DNA of 64,000 nucleotides, taken from Gemmatimonadota bacterium. GTDB taxonomy: Bacteria; Gemmatimonadota; Gemmatimonadetes; Gemmatimonadales; Gemmatimonadaceae. A model generated the notes under the pieces. The model had not been told where the DNA came from and searched no databases. It was given only the letters and a program-made list of their open reading frames with translations. The DNA is taken from contig JADKAQ010000046.1 of assembly GCA_016719105.1 (NCBI GenBank), positions 518,272-582,271 on the forward strand, given 5' to 3'. Below, in pieces: positions 59,111-64,000 of the stretch. The stretch's first letter is position 1. The number at the start of each line of letters is the position of its first letter. The translations under genes were made by a program, and so were the position numbers.

Positions 59111-60289
59111 TCACTTCATCCGCCCAGCCTCGACCCAGGTCGTCGTTCCAACCCGGACCGTCGCATCGGTGAAGAAGTTCCACCGCACATACCCGCCGGT
59201 GACCTTGCCTCCAAGCTCGGAGTTGTCGCCTAACGACAATCGCACCACCCCGGCCCCGTAGCCGTAGTACGGGATCCACCGCTCGCCCGACGCCGGGATC
59301 GCGAGGAGCGGGTTGAACCCGAGGGCGAACTCGCGGAACGACCGCCCTGCCTCGCCCGCGGTGCGTAGTTCGCGCTCGACGCCCTCGCGCCCGCTGGTGG
59401 CCGTATACCCGGTCAGCTTGCCCCTGGCAAAGACCATCACCAGCCCCTTCACCGGCGTGTTGCCCCAGACGCCGTCGGGGAAGGCGATCTTCCCGTTCAC
59501 GCTCTCTTCGATCGGGGCCACACGAATCGCGCCGGCCGGCAGCTCGACCTCGCGATCGATGAGCGTCTTCCCGCGCGTGGCGCGCGCCGCCGAGGCGTCG
59601 CCGTCCTGCCGGGTGACGACGCGGTCGCCGATCCGGAAGGTGATGTCGGTCCCGGCCGGGGTTGTCACGCGCACGGGCGACGCGCGCATCGCCGACTCGA
59701 AGTCGCGCTGCGCCTTGGCCAGGGCCGCGTAGTCGGTGCGCTCGAGGACGCGCTGGTAGAGCGCGGCGTGCGCGCTCGACGTCGTCATCAGGTCGCCCGC
59801 CAGCGAGTAGGCTCCGGCCCAGTGAAAGTGCACGGTCCGCACGCCACGCGTCGTCGGCGCGCGGAGGATGCGTTGCAGCGCGTCATACGGCGGGTCGGTG
59901 GGAGTGGCACCTGGGAGCATGATCCCCAGGTCGATGTCCCCGAGGTAGCGCACCAGCTGCTCGGCGCTCTTGCCCGCGGCCCCGCGCGTGAAGTCGGTGG
60001 CCCACGACGCCGGAGGGGTGCCACGCACGGCGATGACGCCGAGGTCGATCGCGCCGGCAGCCGCAATCGCGGCGCGCAGCGGGGCGACCACACCATCGGC
60101 CTGTCCGGCTTCGCCGACCAGCAGGACGCGCTCTCCCTTGGTGAGTTGCATCTGCTTCGCGACGGCGCGCGCGACGACGCCCCAGTCGGAGGGAGAGGCA
60201 GGCCTGGCCGGGGGAGTCACCGACTGGGCGAACGCCGCCACGGGGAGGACGAGCGCGAGGGCAAGCGGGAGGGTGCCGGCGATGGGCAT
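59111..60289 (-). CDS. secreted aminopeptidase-like protein (M29/AmpS-like, tentative)
   Basis: 392 aa with signal peptide MPIAGTLPLALALVLPVAAFA. Blocks VHFHW, IDREVELPAG and EFALGFNP recall thermophilic-metalloprotease-type aminopeptidases. The family call is tentative. Confidence 0.5.
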   Translation of the reverse strand: MPIAGTLPLALALVLPVAAFAQSVTPPARPASPSDWGVVARAVAKQMQLTKGERVLLVGEAGQADGVVAPLRAAIAAAGAIDLGVIAVRGTPPASWATDFTRGAAGKSAEQLVRYLGDIDLGIMLPGATPTDPPYDALQRILRAPTTRGVRTVHFHWAGAYSLAGDLMTTSSAHAALYQRVLERTDYAALAKAQRDFESAMRASPVRVTTPAGTDITFRIGDRVVTRQDGDASAARATRGKTLIDREVELPAGAIRVAPIEESVNGKIAFPDGVWGNTPVKGLVMVFARGKLTGYTATSGREGVERELRTAGEAGRSFREFALGFNPLLAIPASGERWIPYYGYGAGVVRLSLGDNSELGGKVTGGYVRWNFFTDATVRVGTTTWVEAGRMK

Positions 60290-60586
60290 TGAGCCTCGAC
60301 AGGATGGGATGACGAGCGCGGGTTGAGGCGTCGGGGGCGATGGTCGGAGATGCCGCGCCGGCGTTGCGGGCTGAACATACGTCCCTGGGAAAGCGGTCGG
60401 CGATATCGCACCGGTGTGCCGTGCGCGCCCCTATCGCTTCGCGCGTTCGCCCCGAGATTGCGGGCGATTCCCACGGTGCGCTACCCTCTCGAGGTGCAAG
60501 CCGGGCCGCGCGTGGTCAGTCGTCGTTCCGCCGTTCCGTCGTTCCATCGCCGCAGCGTCGCTGCGTCCCGTCCCCTCCGCCAGGCC

Positions 60587-62071
60587 ATGCGCGACTCCCT
60601 CGGGCTCGCCCACCTCATTCGCACCCGCCAGCTCTCGGTCGAGGAAGCGGTCGACGCGGCCATCGCTCGCATCGAGCAGCTGAACCCGCAGCTCAACGCG
60701 GTCATTCACCCGATGTTCGAGCAGGCGCGCCAGATGGCTCGCCGGCCGCTCGCCGATCCCGACGCGCCATTTGCCGGCGTCCCGTTCCTCATCAAGGACC
60801 TGCTCACCGCCTATGCCGACGAGCCGATGGCCAGCGGCTCGACGCTCTATGCGGGATGGCGCGCGGAGGCGGACTCGGAGCTGATGGCGCGCTACCGGAA
60901 GTCCGGAGTGATCGTGCTGGGCAAGACCAACACACCGGAGTTCGGGCTCACCCCCTTCACTGAGCCCAAGGCCAAGGGGATCAGCCGCAACCCGTGGAAC
61001 GTCGAGCGCACGACCGGTGGCTCGAGCGGCGGGTCGGCCGCGGCGGTTGCCAGCGGGATGGTGACGATGGCCGGTGGTGGCGACGGGGGTGGGTCGATTC
61101 GCATTCCCGCGAGCTGCTGCGGAGTCTTCGGCTTCAAGGCCACGCGCGGGCGCGTCCCGACCGGCCCCGGCGATGGCGAGATCTGGGCGGGGGCCGTGAC
61201 CGAAGGGGTGGTCACGCGCTCCGTCCGCGACTCGGCGGCGATGCTCGATGCCATCGACGGCGAGGACGTGGGAGCGCCGTACGCGGCTCCGCCCAAGGCG
61301 CGAGCGTTCCTGGACGAGGTGTCGACCGAGCCGGGTCGCCTGCGCATCGCCTTCACCGACGCCCCGATGCTCGGCCACGCCATCCACGCCGACTGCAAGG
61401 GGGCGGTGCGCGATGCGGCCGCGCTGCTCGAGTCGTTAGGCCATCACGTGGAGGAGGCCGCGCCGGTCATCGACCGCGAGCGGTTCAACGAGGCCTTCAT
61501 CACCATCGTCTGTGGCGAGGTGGTCGCCGATCTCCGCGACGCCGCGGCCCGGCTCCGCCGCGAGGCGCGGCGCGACGACGTCGAGGTCGCGACGTGGGGG
61601 CTGGCCATGCTGGGAGGCTCGATCACCGCCGGCGACTACGCCAGCGCGCAGCGCTACCTGCAGCGCGTGGGGCGCACGATGGGGGCGTTCTTCCAGCGCC
61701 ACGATCTCCTCCTCACGCCGACGCTGGGGATGCCACCGGTCCCGCACGGCACGTTGCAGCCCAAGCCGGGGGAGGAGATGATGCTCAAGGTGTTCGGCGC
61801 GCTGCACGCGGGGGGACTGATGAAGAAGCTGGGCGCGGTCACGCAGGTGGCGGCGACCGTCTTCGACTTCATCCCGTATCCGCCGCTGTTCAACGTCACC
61901 GGGCAGCCGGCGATGTCGGTGCCGCTCTGGTGGAACCGCGAGGGGCTCCCCATCGGGGTGCAGCTGGCGGGGCGCTTCGGCGACGACGCGACGCTCTTTC
62001 GCGTCGCGGGGCAGCTGGAGCGGGCGCGCCCCTGGCACGAGCGCTGGCCCGCCACGTCGGCGCGCCCCTGA
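60587..62071 (+). CDS. amidase (amidase-signature family)
   Basis: Start ATG 60587. [15 protein letters not shown] and the signature [14 protein letters not shown] with the catalytic Ser-cisSer-Lys context. Confidence 0.9.
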   Translation: MRDSLGLAHLIRTRQLSVEEAVDAAIARIEQLNPQLNAVIHPMFEQARQMARRPLADPDAPFAGVPFLIKDLLTAYADEPMASGSTLYAGWRAEADSELMARYRKSGVIVLGKTNTPEFGLTPFTEPKAKGISRNPWNVERTTGGSSGGSAAAVASGMVTMAGGGDGGGSIRIPASCCGVFGFKATRGRVPTGPGDGEIWAGAVTEGVVTRSVRDSAAMLDAIDGEDVGAPYAAPPKARAFLDEVSTEPGRLRIAFTDAPMLGHAIHADCKGAVRDAAALLESLGHHVEEAAPVIDRERFNEAFITIVCGEVVADLRDAAARLRREARRDDVEVATWGLAMLGGSITAGDYASAQRYLQRVGRTMGAFFQRHDLLLTPTLGMPPVPHGTLQPKPGEEMMLKVFGALHAGGLMKKLGAVTQVAATVFDFIPYPPLFNVTGQPAMSVPLWWNREGLPIGVQLAGRFGDDATLFRVAGQLERARPWHERWPATSARP

Positions 62072-62742
62072 GTTCCAGCCGGGAGCGATCGCCCCACGAC
62101 ACGGGCGATCCCCTGCCGCCTAACAGGTTCGGCAAGGGACCGTCCGTGGTCTCGCGATGCGTGTGGTGCGTGCGTGGTGCGTGCGTGGTGCGTCCCGTCG
62201 GCCTCGCCTCATCGTCGCACCGGTCACCGCGGCCCCCACGGCTGATGATGCCCGTGGCACGGTGGAAGGGTACGCCGTCGGCCCAGAAGCTGAGGTGCAA
62301 CGGGGGGTGCAGCGTCAACATTGCAGCAGGCGAGTCGCACGCGTGGCGTGTCCTCACATCGAACGCGACCTGCCGCAACAGGCGCCCGGTCCCGCCCGGC
62401 ACGCCACCTGGCCGTGCCCCTCGGTCGGCAGGGAGCTCAGCGCCACGAGGCTTGCCGCCGCGAGACACCCTCGCCGAAAACGTCGGTGGTTCATGGTCCC
62501 TCCCGCGGTGTATGGCCGGGGTCGCCTAACGCGGTCGACGCACGGCCGGGAACGGAGGGATGTTAGGGGCGCGGCGCGGCCGCGTCGGTGCAACGCCGCA
62601 CGCAGAATGTGCGTGCTACGTCGACGCGCATCTGTGAGCTGCCGTGCATAACGCGCCGCACGTGCGTCGGTACGGCTGACGTCGCATCGAGATCGTGCGC
62701 GTCGTACTCCCCCTTGGGGGGCACGTCACCCCATGCCGTCAG

Positions 62743-62781
62743 CCGCCCACCGCCCGCCGCCCGCCGCCCGCCCGCCGCCCG
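62743..62781 (-). repeat. CCGCCCG heptamer microsatellite (G-tract run on the reverse strand)
   Basis: CCGCCCA CCGCCCG CCGCCCG CCGCCCG CCCG CCGCCCG, ending at the stop codon (62782-62784) of the reverse-strand gene. On the sense strand this gives six GGG tracts with 1-4 nt loops. Confidence 0.8.
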
Positions 62782-64000
62782 CTACGGGTTCAGCCAATAC
62801 GCCAGCTTCAGCAGCAAGGTGTTGTCGGGGTGCGCCCGGAAGAGGTCGCGATAGTCACGCGCGAATTCGAAGCCGGGGCGGTTCACCCGGTCGTTGACGC
62901 GCCCCTGCTGCCAGACGAGGAAGAGCGTCGACCCAGGGCGATACTCCCAGCGCACGACCGCATTCGAGTTGAACTGCTTGTAGCTGAAGCCGTCGGGCGA
63001 GCGACGCCCGCCGTACGGACGATAGCGGTCCACGTAGCGCGCGGCGCGCGGGTCGGCGAGCTCGCGCCAGTCGTCGAAGTCGCCGCTGCTCACGAACGGC
63101 TGGGCATACAGCTGCAACGACAGGGTCGGCGACGCGGTCCAGTTCACGCGTCCCGTCACGGAGAGCGTCGTCTGCTCGAGGTGCGCAAAGGTGAAGTGCG
63201 TCGTGTCGCTCACGCTCGAGCCGAAATTCCCGATCCACTGCTGGTCGTCGTTGCGGTGGATGTACTGCCCGTCGACCCCCATGGAAAAGCGCGAGGCGAT
63301 GCGCAGGTCGGCGCCGCCAATGAGCGCGTACCCGTACGACCGCCGGTCGTCACCGAAGCCGGCGGCCAGCGTGACCCGTGGGACGAGCACGAGGCGCGGG
63401 TCGCCACTCACCACAAAGGCAAAGTCGTGCTTGGGACCCTGCCGTACCGCGGGCCCGCCACGTGCACAGGCCACGCAGTGCGTCTGGAACAGGTCATTGC
63501 CGGTGTAGCTGAACGTCGTGAGCCAGCTGTTCGGCAACTCCCACGTGGCCTGCCCCACGACGCGCCCCCCACTCGGCAAGCCACCCGTGGTCCAGTGGTT
63601 CTCGGCGCCGAAGTTGGCGAACATGCGGCGATAGAAGCGTCCCGGACGCAGCGCCTGCCACACGAGATCGTTGCGGATGGAGGCGTCGTTCACCGTGGGG
63701 ACGAACCCCAGGTCGTTCAACTCCAGCCCCGCTGAGGCACGGCGCACGTAGGTGTTCCACCGCACGGCACCGCCGATCTTGCTCAGCGACACCGCGGCGA
63801 CGTTGCCGCCTAACGTGGTCCGTGTGCTGTCGAACGATTCCTCATGGTCCGGGCGCTGGTAGAAGTGCACGCTGTTGAGCTGCGTGCGGGCGATGGCCTC
63901 GCGCGATCCCGACACCTGGTTGATCCCGGTGTAGGCCATGACCTCCCACCGGTCCCGGGCGAAGCGATGGAAGCCCTGCAGCACGCCGGTGTACGCCGCG
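62782..64000 (-). CDS. C-terminal part of a large outer-membrane beta-barrel-like protein (DUF5916-like, tentative), runs off the right edge
   Basis: The frame is open to position 64000. Alternating strand pattern, aromatic-rich C-terminus ...LLLKLAYWLNP. The family call is from memory only. Confidence 0.6.
   Translation of the reverse strand, partial: AAYTGVLQGFHRFARDRWEVMAYTGINQVSGSREAIARTQLNSVHFYQRPDHEESFDSTRTTLGGNVAAVSLSKIGGAVRWNTYVRRASAGLELNDLGFVPTVNDASIRNDLVWQALRPGRFYRRMFANFGAENHWTTGGLPSGGRVVGQATWELPNSWLTTFSYTGNDLFQTHCVACARGGPAVRQGPKHDFAFVVSGDPRLVLVPRVTLAAGFGDDRRSYGYALIGGADLRIASRFSMGVDGQYIHRNDDQQWIGNFGSSVSDTTHFTFAHLEQTTLSVTGRVNWTASPTLSLQLYAQPFVSSGDFDDWRELADPRAARYVDRYRPYGGRRSPDGFSYKQFNSNAVVRWEYRPGSTLFLVWQQGRVNDRVNRPGFEFARDYRDLFRAHPDNTLLLKLAYWLNP

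Overview
GC-rich (by eye about two-thirds G+C) chromosomal segment from a diderm bacterium. Evidence for diderm: a PEP-CTERM protein, a porin and many lipoprotein or secretion signals. The phylum cannot be fixed from the sequence; Gemmatimonadota- or Acidobacteriota-like is only a guess. I support about 50 protein genes and see no rRNA, tRNA or CRISPR.

Layout:
- 0-23.9 kb: secreted hydrolases, a four-gene PAS-kinase / REC-REC-GGDEF-EAL / REC / hybrid-kinase operon, and two PIN-type toxin-antitoxin pairs.
- 23.9-31.7 kb: a visibly AT-richer accessory island with three parts. (i) A tightly coupled three-gene operon led by a GHKL (Bergerat-fold) ATPase-like protein plus two partners I cannot assign; this is my best candidate for an undescribed, probably defence-type, system. 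(ii) An HTH-fused Dcm-like methyltransferase / Vsr / EcoRII-like endonuclease operon that is frameshifted as sequenced. (iii) A 16-unit 42-bp tandem array.
- 31.9-36.6 kb: a translationally coupled AAA+ ATPase / ERCC4-nuclease-wHTH pair, a formyltransferase, and an IS256-family element with 29-bp inverted repeats and an 8-bp target duplication.
- 36.7-64 kb: a glycine-repeat surface protein, a thioredoxin-fold membrane protein, an FeS-type photolyase, a kdpE / kdpD-core / kdpFABC / porin / KdpD-N-Usp / degenerate-kinase operon, a HEAT protein, and a peptidase/amidase cluster.

Two window-wide signals:
- The octamer CGTTAGGC/GCCTAACG occurs 27 times by hand count, against about 2-3 expected from composition. 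It appears in all reading frames, both orientations and intergenic DNA.
- All apparent frameshifts (at least 8) fall between 23.8 and 39.8 kb, and most are single-base homopolymer contractions. Local consensus error cannot be separated from real gene decay without reads.

All domain calls rest on motifs read by eye from the translations. No database search was possible.
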